64,000 nucleotides of DNA from Calditrichota bacterium (GTDB taxonomy: Bacteria > CLD3): the NCBI GenBank assembly GCA_008501735.1, contig QQUF01000040.1:70431-134430 (forward strand), written 5' to 3'. Position 1 is the first letter of the stretch. The number at the start of each line of letters is the position of its first letter. The notes beneath the pieces were generated by a model. It ran no database searches and was not told where the DNA came from. It was given only the letters and a program-made list of their open reading frames with translations. This document shows, piece by piece, positions 18,946-33,775 of this stretch. The translations under genes were made by a program, and so were the position numbers.

Positions 18946-21024
18946 CTATTTCAAGAAAGTCATTTTTTTAGTTTCATTAAAGTTAGGACCAGTAATTGAG
19001 TAGAAGTAAGTTCCACTTGAAACTACGTTTCCACTTAAGTCAGTAGCATCCCATTGAACTGATTTAGAACCTGAAACAGTTCCTTCAAACAATGTTTTAA
19101 CTAATTGACCTTTAATGTTGAAAATTTCAACTTTAACATTATTAATTCCTTCAACAGAAAACTCAATGTTAGTAGTTGGGTTGAATGGATTAGGGAAGTT
19201 TTGAGCTAATTCGTAACCTTTAGCAACTTCATTAGAATTTTCTTCTGAAGAAGTTACAAGAGCGATGTCATAAACTGTACCTGTTCCATTGTCGTGTTCG
19301 TAGAACATATAATCTGTTCCGTCCCCAGGAACTGCAGAAAGAGCACCTGTTCCATTGTAAGAATAAGAACCTGCAACGTCATCAGTTTGGAAAGAAACTG
19401 CAACTTTACCAGCAGTCATTCCCATTGGAGGACACATTGGGTATCTTTCATCTGTTCCAAGAGAGTTAGTTATGTTTTCGATTTGAGTTAAAGAACCAGC
19501 GATTTCAGAACCAAAACCCCAGCTTGAACCACCATCAGTTGACATTGTGTGCCAAACATCTCCGTGAGTCATTGCACTTGCAGAATCACCATTTGGCATA
19601 TTTGCCCAATCAACATCTCCTAAAGGAAAACCTTCAAAGATTACGTGCATATCGCCATTTGTGTCGAATCCGAGCATTGGAGTTCCAACGATTTGTTGGA
19701 AAGCACCACCAAGATCAGCACCACTTGGAGCGATTGTTGGGTTATTCCAAGAAGTTCCATCTTCAAAAACACTTCCAACTAACTCATTACCAGATTCGTG
19801 GTCATTGTAAGCGAAAATTTGAGTTTCTGTTCCAGTAGTGTTTTTATACATAAGTCTAAATGCATTTGGGAAGTAAGAGCCAGAAGAAGTTGATTTATGT
19901 TCAGTGTAAACATAGTGAAGGTCACCTTGAGCATCAAAAGAAGCATCAAAATGCTGCCAAGATCTCCATTCAAAATCTTCTACATTTGTACTTGGGTTGA
20001 AGTTAAGAGGTGTGTCTTCAGTTACGTTATCAAAAGCCCAAGTTGCTCCATTATCCATAGATTCAAATTTATAAAGAGCGTTTGAACCAACAGTAGTATC
20101 TTGGAAAGCACTTCCAGAAGCATTGAAGAATAATAATAAGATATGATCAGCACCATCAGAAACGAAAGCTTTTGCTCCGCCGTCAGGAACGATATAAACT
20201 CCTGGGAAGTTAGCCATTGCTTGCATTGGAGAGAATTGTTGTGCAAATGGGTTTGAAAGAGAAGCATAATAAGCTGCTAATGGAGAAGTTGCTTGGTCAG
20301 CAGGAGCAACAGAACCAACAGCGTGAACTACATCATTGTTTCCAACTGTACAAACTGGCCAAATTGGTTGATCATCTCCAGCAGGAAGTCCTGGAACGAG
20401 TGGGAACTCAGGATGTTCCCAAAGTCCTTGACCAGGGAAAAGGTCAATACTACCAACTGAGTGAACAGCACCATTCAAACTTGGGTCATTGTAGTGACTT
20501 ACTAAAGCTGCAGCTCCACCAACACCGTTGATAGAAGTATTTCTGAAATAATCGATAGCAGGAAAACCGCCACGAGCATTTTCAATTCTTGTCCAAGTTG
20601 GGCTAATTGTTCCTGTTCCTGTTCCGTCGTCAAGTCCCCAGTTAACTCCGTCATTTGAGAAAGAGTAAAAAGAACCACGAGTTGTGTTTGTTCCAGGATC
20701 AGAAGTGTAGATATTTGCACTGATAAATGTTAAGTGGTAATTTCCACTATCATCTATTACCATTCTTTTACCAATTGCTCCATTTGCTTGATAATCATAA
20801 AAGCCGTTACCAATAACAACACCAGGAGAATTATAATTTACTTGGAAAGGACCTGAGTTGTTTTGAGTTACTTGATTAGTATTACCTGTAGTCATAACAA
20901 CTGCATTTTCAGGCATTACTGGTTGTTTTGTAGCTTGTTTTGAAAGAAGCTCGCTTTGTCCGCCCATTGCTAAACCAACTGCTGTGAGTGTTAGCAATGA
21001 ACAAGTAGTAATTTGTTTATTCAT
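18946..21024 (-). CDS. secreted protein with T9SS C-terminal sorting domain
   Basis: A signal peptide is followed by a C-terminal NFPNPFNPTTNIEFS...GTYFYSI..TFLK. Confidence 0.7.
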   Translation of the reverse strand: MNKQITTCSLLTLTAVGLAMGGQSELLSKQATKQPVMPENAVVMTTGNTNQVTQNNSGPFQVNYNSPGVVIGNGFYDYQANGAIGKRMVIDDSGNYHLTFISANIYTSDPGTNTTRGSFYSFSNDGVNWGLDDGTGTGTISPTWTRIENARGGFPAIDYFRNTSINGVGGAAALVSHYNDPSLNGAVHSVGSIDLFPGQGLWEHPEFPLVPGLPAGDDQPIWPVCTVGNNDVVHAVGSVAPADQATSPLAAYYASLSNPFAQQFSPMQAMANFPGVYIVPDGGAKAFVSDGADHILLLFFNASGSAFQDTTVGSNALYKFESMDNGATWAFDNVTEDTPLNFNPSTNVEDFEWRSWQHFDASFDAQGDLHYVYTEHKSTSSGSYFPNAFRLMYKNTTGTETQIFAYNDHESGNELVGSVFEDGTSWNNPTIAPSGADLGGAFQQIVGTPMLGFDTNGDMHVIFEGFPLGDVDWANMPNGDSASAMTHGDVWHTMSTDGGSSWGFGSEIAGSLTQIENITNSLGTDERYPMCPPMGMTAGKVAVSFQTDDVAGSYSYNGTGALSAVPGDGTDYMFYEHDNGTGTVYDIALVTSSEENSNEVAKGYELAQNFPNPFNPTTNIEFSVEGINNVKVEIFNIKGQLVKTLFEGTVSGSKSVQWDATDLSGNVVSSGTYFYSITGPNFNETKKMTFLK

Positions 21025-21069
21025 TTTAATCCCTCCACGGATTAAATTAAGGTTAATAGTCTTGTTAAA

Positions 21070-21915
21070 TTACTTTAAATATACTGCTTTTTTTATACTT
21101 ACAAATGAACCCGCTTCGATTTTGTAGAGGTAAACTCCACTTGAAACAGGATTGTTGTTTTTATCTAAACCATTCCATTTAACATTGTGAAAACCTGCGT
21201 TGAAATTTTCATCTACGAGTTGATTGACCTCTTGTCCCAATAAATTATAAATTTTGAGGCTGACAAATTCAGAAACAGGAAGTGCAAATTGAATTGTTGT
21301 TGAAGGGTTAAATGGGTTTGGGAAGTTTTGGTTCAAAGAAAAACTTGTCGGTAAAGAATTATTCTCATCTTCAATGCCTACAAGTGTAACATCAATTGTT
21401 CCATTTACTAAAGTCGTTGGGACAGAACCAGAGTTAAAAACAAAACCGTTTGGCGTTGTGTTTGCATTGAACTCTGTAAATTCGATTTGTCCATTGGTAA
21501 CACTACTGTTTACTTTAAAAATTAAGTTTGCCAAAATTCCTGAAGTTTGACCTTGTGGCAAAGTGATTTGGTTTTGTCCACCAGCAGCGGCAAATCTAAC
21601 TTGTTGAGCAAAAGTTTTGTTCAAAGCTGTTTGATAAGAATTTGCTCCTGTTGAAGGAGTAATTGTGTTAGTAACTTCGACATTTTCTAATTGTAATCCA
21701 TTTGGATAAGAGATGTCAAAACTGTAACCTGTTATCAAATCTTGAGAAGTAATTCCTGTAACCTCAATTGGCACAGTGAATGAAAACCCTACGCTGTCAG
21801 CATTGAAATTTCCACCAAGGATTGTTACAGTACCTTGAGCATTGGCAAACCCAAAACTCAAAAAGACATAAGAAATGATTAAAAGTAATGATTTTCGCAT
21901 TTTTGTAAATTCCAT
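21070..21915 (-). CDS. secreted protein with T9SS C-terminal sorting domain
   Basis: A signal peptide is followed by a C-terminal NFPNPFNPSTTIQFAL..GVYLYKIEAG..YLK. Confidence 0.7.
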   Translation of the reverse strand: MEFTKMRKSLLLIISYVFLSFGFANAQGTVTILGGNFNADSVGFSFTVPIEVTGITSQDLITGYSFDISYPNGLQLENVEVTNTITPSTGANSYQTALNKTFAQQVRFAAAGGQNQITLPQGQTSGILANLIFKVNSSVTNGQIEFTEFNANTTPNGFVFNSGSVPTTLVNGTIDVTLVGIEDENNSLPTSFSLNQNFPNPFNPSTTIQFALPVSEFVSLKIYNLLGQEVNQLVDENFNAGFHNVKWNGLDKNNNPVSSGVYLYKIEAGSFVSIKKAVYLK

Positions 21916-22040
21916 TAAAATTAATGGTTAAGTAGTATTTTATCTAACTAATGAAAAGGAATTCCCGTAAAAAAATCTGTAAGTTACAAGATAGTTACAA
22001 TTTTTTTAGATGTAAACCCAAAATTTGTAACCTTTTGAAT

Positions 22041-23699
22041 TTAATGTGTTTCCTTTTCACCAATAATCGCTGTCGTAAACAGTTTCTCTTGGTATTTAGA
22101 ATTGTTTACAAGCAATTTCTTTGCCAACTTGATTTCCGAATCAACCTTGACTGAATACTCAAGTTTAGAGGCAAAATTCAAGGTTGTTCCTAAAAATTCA
22201 ATTTGAAGTGAGTCATTAATCTTCTGTTTGTTAAGTTCCATCTCATTTTGTTTTAGTGAAGCCAAAACATTTTTTAATTCTTGAACTTTAGAAGAGACAT
22301 TAAGAGAATCCATTTTTGGTAAATTCATTTCAGTCAGAATTTCGTCTAAGTTTTTCTCCCAACGATTTGTGTAGTTAAAAGAATTTTCCTCTAAGAAATT
22401 TACAAATTCAGCAAAAGAACTTTCAGGTAAAACTTTTGCCTCAGGATTTTCACTTAAATATTTTGTGATAAATTTTGAATACATTCCTTTGCGTTTAAGT
22501 TCCGAAAGAAGTTTAGGTTCTTTTTCTTCTTTAAAAATAACATCTGGTGAAACACCTTGACCTCCAAAAACAGTTCTTCCATTAAGTGTAGTGAAAGAAT
22601 TGTTTTCTTTAATTTTGAACCCTTCTTCAAAAATATCATTTTTTGAGTAATCAATTTTCTGTACACAACGACCACTTGGAACGTAATATTTTGCAGTTGT
22701 AATCTTTAAAACGTCTCCACTTTTCAAAGAAATTTCTGATTGAACAAGTCCTTTGCCATAAGTTGTTGTCCCAATAACAATTCCTCTGTCTAAGTCTTGT
22801 ATTGCTCCTGCAACAATTTCAGAAGCACTTGCACTTCCTTCGTCAACAAGAATTGCCAATGGTTTGTCTAAGAAAACAGGTTTCCCAGATGTAAAGTAAT
22901 CTCGTTTTCCTGTCGCAGATTTTGGTTTGGTGTAAACTACGAGTTCATTGGGTGGTAAAAAGCAACTTAGAATTTTTACTGCAACGTCAAGTAATCCACC
23001 TGGATTGCCTCTTAAATCTAAAATTAATCCGTTTAACTCGCCTTCTTCTTTGAGTTTTAAAATTGCTTCACGAACCTCGTAATCAGAACTTCTCGAAAAT
23101 TTTGTCAATTTTACGTAACCAATTCCCTCTTCTACAAAACCAGAGTAAGGAACGTTGTGAATGGTAATTTCTTCTGTTTTAAGAACGTAATCCAGAGATT
23201 CGTCTTCTGTGAAACGTTTTATTTTTAAACTGATTTCACTTCCCAAAGGAACTCGAAGTAGTTTTTGACCTTGTTTCAAAGTTTTGTTTTTCATTGAAAC
23301 GCCGTTAATTTCGAGTAAAATGTCTCCGATTTGAATTCCTTTTCTGTGTGCAGGAGCATCTTCAATTAATGAAATTACTGTAATTACTTCATCTTCCATA
23401 GAAACTTGAACGCCAATTCCTGTGTATTTTCCATACTTCAAAATGTCAAGTTCTCTTGTGTCTTCTTTTTCAAAAAGAACAGTGTAAGGGTCAAGAGTTT
23501 TGAGCATTCCGTTAATCCCGCTTTTCAAGAATTTTCCAGTGTCAATCTCATCAACGTAATTTGCATTTACTTGCTTGTAAACCTCGTAGAAATTTTGAAG
23601 GTTTTTTTGGACTTCTCGGTATTTATCTTGCCCAAAACCAATGTTTGCAAGGCATAGAAAAATCAAAAAGAACAATGTTTTTTGGTATTTTTGAAACAT
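22041..23699 (-). CDS. ctpA: carboxyl-terminal processing protease (S41 family, PDZ domain)
   Basis: GYVKLTKFS..LILDLRGNPGGLLD and a PDZ-like segment are present. Confidence 0.8.
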   Translation of the reverse strand: MFQKYQKTLFFLIFLCLANIGFGQDKYREVQKNLQNFYEVYKQVNANYVDEIDTGKFLKSGINGMLKTLDPYTVLFEKEDTRELDILKYGKYTGIGVQVSMEDEVITVISLIEDAPAHRKGIQIGDILLEINGVSMKNKTLKQGQKLLRVPLGSEISLKIKRFTEDESLDYVLKTEEITIHNVPYSGFVEEGIGYVKLTKFSRSSDYEVREAILKLKEEGELNGLILDLRGNPGGLLDVAVKILSCFLPPNELVVYTKPKSATGKRDYFTSGKPVFLDKPLAILVDEGSASASEIVAGAIQDLDRGIVIGTTTYGKGLVQSEISLKSGDVLKITTAKYYVPSGRCVQKIDYSKNDIFEEGFKIKENNSFTTLNGRTVFGGQGVSPDVIFKEEKEPKLLSELKRKGMYSKFITKYLSENPEAKVLPESSFAEFVNFLEENSFNYTNRWEKNLDEILTEMNLPKMDSLNVSSKVQELKNVLASLKQNEMELNKQKINDSLQIEFLGTTLNFASKLEYSVKVDSEIKLAKKLLVNNSKYQEKLFTTAIIGEKETH

Positions 23700-23700
23700 T

Positions 23701-24327
23701 TTAAAGTCCTTTGAGTCTCGTGGATAAAATTTTACAAATTTCTAAATGAATCTTTTCAATAACTCCGTTAGAGTCAACAACGCAAAAATTTTCAAATTCA
23801 TTCACTAAATTTAAGTAGGCTTTGCGAACTTCTGTAAAAAATGAAGCGTTTTCTTGTTCAATTCGGTCAAGATTTTTGCGAGACCAATTTTTTCTTTGTG
23901 CGTAAGTCTCAAAAGAAATGTCTGTGAAAAATGTAAAGTCAGGCAACAAATCTCCTGTTGCAAAGCTGCAAAGACTTTTCAAAGAGTCTTTTGAAATTAG
24001 TCTTCCGCCACCTTGATAAGCTAAACTTGAAAAGATATAACGATCTGCGATGACAACTTTTCCTTCTTTAAGAGCAGGTAGAATTTTTTCGTTAACAAGT
24101 TGAGCTCTACTTGCTTGAAAGAGAAGAGCTTCTGTTTTTTCGTGCATTTCTATATTTTTGTTGTCAAGAATGATTTTTCTAATTTTTTCAGAAATATTTG
24201 TTCCGCCCGGTTCTCTGACATTGAGAACTTCATAACCCTTTTCAATTAATTTTTTACTAAGGAGTCTAACTTGAGTTGATTTTCCTGAGTGGTCAATTCC
24301 TTCAAAGACAATAAAAGTACCGTTCAA
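23701..24327 (-). CDS. tmk: thymidylate kinase
   Basis: P-loop FIVFEGIDHSGKSTQ with a dTMP-kinase fold over 208 aa. Confidence 0.85.
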   Translation of the reverse strand: MNGTFIVFEGIDHSGKSTQVRLLSKKLIEKGYEVLNVREPGGTNISEKIRKIILDNKNIEMHEKTEALLFQASRAQLVNEKILPALKEGKVVIADRYIFSSLAYQGGGRLISKDSLKSLCSFATGDLLPDFTFFTDISFETYAQRKNWSRKNLDRIEQENASFFTEVRKAYLNLVNEFENFCVVDSNGVIEKIHLEICKILSTRLKGL

Positions 24328-24419
24328 AATTTCCTCTAACTTAAAAATGAATTGTTACGTTGCGAGGTCAAAGTAATTAAAATCTCTTGAAATTTCTAAT
24401 TTTTTTGTAACTTCAAAAA

Positions 24420-24797
24420 ATGGAAAATTATGTCGGAAAACATTGGCTCGTTGATTTAATCACTTTGGATAAGTTCTTACTCGAAAAAGTAGATTTAGTT
24501 CAGGAGAAAATCTTGGAGGTTGCAAAAAAATCTTCATTAAATATTTTAAAAACAGCTTTTCACCAATTTGAACCAGAAGGTGTAACAGGGATTTTACTTC
24601 TTACAGAATCTCACCTTTCGATTCATACTTGGCCCGAAAAAAATCTTGTAACTTTAGATTTGTTTAGCTGCAACGATGATTTTGATTTTGAAAGTTTCCT
24701 TGAACTTCTTAAAGATACTTTCAAAGCTAATGAAATTAATTTTTCTGAAACCAAACGCGGATTTACAAAAAAAACGGAGACAAATTTTGTCAGATAA
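24420..24797 (+). CDS. speH: S-adenosylmethionine decarboxylase proenzyme (class 1b, SpeH-type)
   Basis: The [11 protein letters not shown] autoprocessing motif is present. Confidence 0.8.
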   Translation: MENYVGKHWLVDLITLDKFLLEKVDLVQEKILEVAKKSSLNILKTAFHQFEPEGVTGILLLTESHLSIHTWPEKNLVTLDLFSCNDDFDFESFLELLKDTFKANEINFSETKRGFTKKTETNFVR

Positions 24798-25599
24798 AAA
24801 TACTAATTCAAGATGGGAAAAAGTACAGTTAGCACGAAATCCCAAAAGACCTTTCTCGTTAGACTACATAGAAAGAATCGTAACTGATTTTAAAGAACTT
24901 CACGGAGACAGATATTTCGGCGATGACAAAGCGATGATTTCAGGTTTCGGTAAGATTGACGGCGAAACTTTTGCAATTATAGGACAGCAAAAAGGTCGTT
25001 CGACAAAAGAAAATATTGAGCGAAATTTTGGAATGGCAAATCCAGAAGGCTACCGAAAAGCACTTCGAGTGATGAAGTTAGCTGTAAAATTTAACAAACC
25101 GATTTTGACTTTAATTGACACACCAGGAGCTTATCCAGGAATCGGAGCGGAAGAAAGAGGACAAGCCGAAGCCATTGCAAAAAACCTTTTTGAAATGGCA
25201 ATTATGCCTGTTCCGATAATTTGTGTAATTATTGGAGAAGGTGCAAGTGGTGGAGCTTTGGGAATCGGAGTTGGTGACAAACTTTTGATGATGGAAAATT
25301 CTTGGTTTTCAGTAATTGCACCTGAATCTTGTTCAAGCATTCTTTGGAGAACTTGGGAGAAAAAAGAAGTTGCTGCCGATGCTCTTAAGCTCACAGTTGA
25401 CGATTTGATTGAGCAAGGAATTATCGATGAAAAAATTGAAGAGCCAAAAGGCGGAGCTCACGAGGATTACGACAAAGCTGCTGATTTTGTAAAAGACAGC
25501 ATTCTTAAAAATTACAAAGCTCTCAAAAAACTCTCAGCAAAAAAGTTAGTTGACCAAAGAATCGAAAAGTATTCTCAAATTGGCTTTTACGAAGAATAA
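24787..25599 (+). CDS. accA: acetyl-CoA carboxylase carboxyltransferase alpha subunit
   Basis: The protein has a crotonase-like CT-alpha fold ([15 protein letters not shown]). The start is probably TTG at 24787, which overlaps the speH stop. The ORF-track start 24676 lies inside speH. Confidence 0.8.
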   Translation: MSDKNTNSRWEKVQLARNPKRPFSLDYIERIVTDFKELHGDRYFGDDKAMISGFGKIDGETFAIIGQQKGRSTKENIERNFGMANPEGYRKALRVMKLAVKFNKPILTLIDTPGAYPGIGAEERGQAEAIAKNLFEMAIMPVPIICVIIGEGASGGALGIGVGDKLLMMENSWFSVIAPESCSSILWRTWEKKEVAADALKLTVDDLIEQGIIDEKIEEPKGGAHEDYDKAADFVKDSILKNYKALKKLSAKKLVDQRIEKYSQIGFYEE

Positions 25600-25611
25600 A
25601 ACTTAATTTCT

Positions 25612-25637
25612 TAGAGACGCACAGCCGTGCGTCTCTA
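25612..25637. repeat. palindromic stem-loop element copy 1 (tagagacgcac-agcc-gtgcgtctcta), terminator-like, between convergent genes
   Basis: An 11-bp perfect stem. The stop codon of the minus-strand gene lies within the stem. Confidence 0.8.
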
Positions 25638-26699
25638 ATTAAAAACTTCGCTTAACATTTTTTCAACTAATTCAGGCTTTAATGAACTTTGAGTTGGTTT
25701 TGATTCTGAATTTAAAAACGAAAGAATCACAGGGAATCCTCTACCTTTAATACTTGAAAAAGGCGTTAATTCTTTTGCCAAAACCCAAATTCCAAAATTA
25801 GTTTCTAACTCTCGAAGTTCAGAAACAACTTTTTCAAGTTTGGGAAAACCATAAAAATAACCGTTTGTGCTTCCGCTAAACTCAAAACCCTCAGCTCTCC
25901 AAACATTCACCGTTTCTGCCCACATAAAACCTGGATAATGAAGGTCGTAAAACCAACCATTCTCATTTTCGGCACAAACCAGTTGGACTTTTTCTTTGTC
26001 GAATTTGTTTCGGGCTTGAGGCAAAAGCAAAGTCTCTTCCGAAAGCAAAGAATTGAATTTGGGAACATTCAAAGCCGAATTTAAATTCTTTTTTGCCAAA
26101 TTTTGGGGGATTGAGTAACTGACAAATCTTTGATTAAAAACTTTTCTTTCGATTTCTGATTTTTCGATTTTTGAGACGGATTTTTTCAAAGCGGAAATTC
26201 CTTCTTCAATTTCAGAAGTTATTTTTCCGTCGAGTAAAAGAAAAACTTCCTCAAGGCATTTTTTGTAATTTTTAAAAACATCTAAATTTTTAGATTTCCC
26301 TTCGAGCATTTTTAAAGTCAAACCTTGAAAAAGAATTTGTGCTTCGGTTTTTCCATAGCTTGAGAAATCGCCCATTTCGGCAGCTTGAACCAAAATTTCA
26401 CGATTTTGTAAAGCAGTTTCGTTGTGCAGAATTGTAAAGACAGAAAGAATTCCGTCAACGTCAATGTGATTGTTTACAACCAAATCCCAATTTCCTGACA
26501 AAGGGTTTGAAGCAAAATTCAAACAAATTTCGGTTGAAGTGTCAGCTTTGAATTTCTTCGGAGTTCGGTTAGGAAGCCAATGACTAAGCTCAATGTCTTT
26601 TCCTTCGCGAAAAACTTCAGGAGAACCGTCAACAAAAATCGTTTGCTTACTTTTAGGTTGTTCAAATTTTGAACCGAGAATGTAGAATTTGTCTAACAA
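25635..26699 (-). CDS. hypothetical protein (354 aa)
   Basis: ORF only. No confident family was recognised. Confidence 0.4.
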   Translation of the reverse strand: MLDKFYILGSKFEQPKSKQTIFVDGSPEVFREGKDIELSHWLPNRTPKKFKADTSTEICLNFASNPLSGNWDLVVNNHIDVDGILSVFTILHNETALQNREILVQAAEMGDFSSYGKTEAQILFQGLTLKMLEGKSKNLDVFKNYKKCLEEVFLLLDGKITSEIEEGISALKKSVSKIEKSEIERKVFNQRFVSYSIPQNLAKKNLNSALNVPKFNSLLSEETLLLPQARNKFDKEKVQLVCAENENGWFYDLHYPGFMWAETVNVWRAEGFEFSGSTNGYFYGFPKLEKVVSELRELETNFGIWVLAKELTPFSSIKGRGFPVILSFLNSESKPTQSSLKPELVEKMLSEVFN

Positions 26700-26755
26700 T
26701 TTTACGCCTTTTGGGTTGTTAAAGAGACAAACCTTGCGTCTTTACGTTTTAGAAT

Positions 26756-27166
26756 TTAACTTTGATTTTCGTAATTTCTTTTGACCATTCCGACACACTT
26801 TGCAAGGTTGTGCTTTTCGTAAAAAGGCACAACGGATTCGTCGCAAACAACGTCAATTGCATACATTCCTTTTAAACTTTCAAGCATTTTTTTTACTAAC
26901 TCTGAGCCGATTCCTTGACCTTTAAAATCAGGTAAAACTTCCAACAACGGAATGAAAGAGTAGTAAACTCCATCTGAAATTGCATTGATAAAACCGACAC
27001 ATTTTTCACCTTCAAAAGCAAGCCAAATTTTGTAACTATTTTGCAAAATTTCTAAATGCTTTTTTGAATTTGGGTGATTAGGCCAACCGACAAAAAAGCC
27101 ATTGAGTTGTTTGTGAGAAATGTTTTTCAAACTGTCAGTGTAAGTAATTTCCATTTTTAGAAACAT
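26756..27166 (-). CDS. GNAT family N-acetyltransferase
   Basis: 136 aa with the GNAT motif (QGIGSELVKKMLESLKG). Confidence 0.7.
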   Translation of the reverse strand: MFLKMEITYTDSLKNISHKQLNGFFVGWPNHPNSKKHLEILQNSYKIWLAFEGEKCVGFINAISDGVYYSFIPLLEVLPDFKGQGIGSELVKKMLESLKGMYAIDVVCDESVVPFYEKHNLAKCVGMVKRNYENQS

Positions 27167-27393
27167 TCTTTCTTTGGTAAAACTCTTTTGGTGGAAGCAG
27201 GATATTTTTGCAAAAGTGTTGTTGGGCGAATTGGTCTTCTGACAAGTTCACCACCACAGTTTGGGCAAACTAAACTCATCTTTTCAGAACAGTCTTTGCA
27301 AAAAGTGCATTCGAAAGTACAAATCATAACTTCATTAGAATTTGGTTCTAAGTCTTTGTTGCAACATTCGCAGTTCGGTCTAATTTCTAACAT
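27157..27393 (-). CDS. DUF1272-type zinc-ribbon protein
   Basis: The Cys pattern is PNCECCNKDL..ICTFECTFCKDC..CPNCGGEL. Confidence 0.65.
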   Translation of the reverse strand: MLEIRPNCECCNKDLEPNSNEVMICTFECTFCKDCSEKMSLVCPNCGGELVRRPIRPTTLLQKYPASTKRVLPKKECF

Positions 27394-27477
27394 TTAAACT
27401 TCCTTTGTTTTTGATAAATTTAATTAGTTAAGTTTCAATTTAAATCAAATTCTTTGACAAAAAAATTTGGAGACAAA

Positions 27478-28050
27478 ATGAAAATTTTCCTTGAAACTGA
27501 AAGAATGATTCTTCGCCAATTCACAGAAAAAGATGCACAAAATATTTTTGAATTAGACGGCGACCCAGAAGTGATGAGATTTCTGACCAATGGAAGAGGA
27601 ACTTCGATGGACACAATCAAAGATAAAATTTTACCGCACACTTTTGAGTTTTATGAAAATCACGACCACTTTGGTTATTGGGCAGTTGACGAAAAATTGA
27701 GTGGGAAGTTCATTGGCTGGTTTCTTTTTCGCCCCGATAAAGAAGAACCGAATAATTTTGATAAAATTGAGCTTGGTTATCGTCTAAAAAAATCTGCTTG
27801 GGGAAAAGGTTTTGCCACCGAAGGTTCTAAGGTTTTCCTTGAAAAAGGATTTAGGAATTGGAAAGTAAATTACATTTTTGCTGTTACTTTACTTGAAAAT
27901 ATCGGTTCTCAAAGAGTGATGCAGAAAATAGGTTTGAATCTCGAAAAGGAATTTATCGAACCCTTAGAACTACTACCTGATTTTCCGAGTGAGGAAGAAA
28001 GAAAAGCAGTTTGGTATTCTCAGACGAGAGATGAGTATTTGAAATTGTGA
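27478..28050 (+). CDS. GNAT family N-acetyltransferase (RimJ/RimL-like)
   Basis: An Acetyltransf_3-like pattern. The likely start is MKIFLETER at 27478. Confidence 0.65.
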   Translation: MKIFLETERMILRQFTEKDAQNIFELDGDPEVMRFLTNGRGTSMDTIKDKILPHTFEFYENHDHFGYWAVDEKLSGKFIGWFLFRPDKEEPNNFDKIELGYRLKKSAWGKGFATEGSKVFLEKGFRNWKVNYIFAVTLLENIGSQRVMQKIGLNLEKEFIEPLELLPDFPSEEERKAVWYSQTRDEYLKL

Positions 28051-28056
28051 AAATGT

Positions 28057-32694
<4,638 letters not shown>

Positions 32695-32807
32695 TCAAAA
32701 AATCTGGCTTTTTATAATTGAGGCGAAAATGCTAAAAGTAAACTTCCAAAAAGGAAAACAAATTTTTGGAAAATTAAATTTCTACGAAATTTGTTTTGTT
32801 TTGAGTT

Positions 32808-32906
32808 TTAATAAATTCTTCCTTCGACGAACCAAAAAAGAATTATGTAAAGAACTATTGTAGTAACGAAAATTAATGCGAGTTTTTTTATTTTTGAAGA
32901 CATCAT
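32808..32906 (-). CDS. possible 32-aa single-TM micropeptide (MMSSKIKKLALIFVTTIVLYIILFWFVEGRIY)
   Basis: A short ORF below the track cutoff. Its start lies 5 nt after the stop of the next micropeptide. Confidence 0.25.
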   Translation of the reverse strand: MMSSKIKKLALIFVTTIVLYIILFWFVEGRIY

Positions 32907-32910
32907 ATTT

Positions 32911-33006
32911 TTACCTCTGAAAGAACCAAAGAAGGATTCCTATAATCATTACAAGAATTGGGAAAGCAATAAATGCCATAGCTAAAATGTGTTTTACTTT
33001 TTCCAT
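32911..33006 (-). CDS. possible 31-aa single-TM micropeptide (MEKVKHILAMAFIAFPILVMIIGILLWFFQR)
   Basis: A short ORF in the intergenic region between the orphan REC gene and the hybrid kinase. Confidence 0.25.
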   Translation of the reverse strand: MEKVKHILAMAFIAFPILVMIIGILLWFFQR

Positions 33007-33135
33007 AACTGCAAATTTAAGAATAAAAAGGAGACTTTTGGAAAAAACTTGAATGAAAATGAGAAGCCCTCAAATTTCTTAAATTTGAGGGCTTCTGAGC
33101 GAGAAAGGGGTAAGAAATGAACTGTATTCTAATTT

Positions 33136-33597
33136 CTAAATAAATCTTGCAGTTAAAGCTATTCTAAAATTGCGTGAGATTTTTCTAAAGGTTTTAATTT
33201 GTTTAATCTGTGTTTGTTCTTTTTTTACATTACTTTTTTCTAACTGGTTTGTAATTGAGAAAAGGATTTCATTGGTTTGAATTGGTTTTAGTAAGTAATC
33301 GTCAGCACCCAAAAGCATTCCTTTTCTAAGGTTTTCATAGGAAACATCTGAACTGTAAAAGATGAATGGAATTGATTTTGTTCGAGTAGAATTCTTTAAC
33401 TTTTTTAAAACATCGTAACCGTTTAAAATTGGCATATTTACATCACAAATTATTAAGTCAGGTAAAAGTTTGTGAGCCATTTGAAGACCAATTTTACCAT
33501 TTTCAGCTACATTTACCTCAAAGCCATTGTCTTTGAGAAGTTTTTTGGTTTGCATTCTGATTAATGCGTCGTCGTCAATGATTAATATTTTTGCCAT
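33136..33597 (-). CDS. stand-alone response-regulator receiver (CheY-like)
   Basis: REC domain with D-box IIDDD and LIICDVNMP. The likely start is MAKILIIDDD. Confidence 0.75.
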   Translation of the reverse strand: MAKILIIDDDALIRMQTKKLLKDNGFEVNVAENGKIGLQMAHKLLPDLIICDVNMPILNGYDVLKKLKNSTRTKSIPFIFYSSDVSYENLRKGMLLGADDYLLKPIQTNEILFSITNQLEKSNVKKEQTQIKQIKTFRKISRNFRIALTARFI

Positions 33598-33775
33598 TTC
33601 TTTATTTCCAATATTTTGATTAACAATAGTTGTTTTAACTTTTGACAAGGTATTGGGTTCATGGCTTTTGAAAAATGGCTACTCGTTAGAATGAATTTTT
33701 TACTCGTTGAAAAGAAAGAAAAACTCGTTACTTTTAGAATCAGTTTTAAGGTATAAATTTTATTAAGGCAAAAAA

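Noticed and set aside
24676-24786. ORF-track start of accA at 24676 (MILILKV...)
   Set aside because: It lies inside speH in another frame. The conserved AccA sequence begins near the TTG at 24787.
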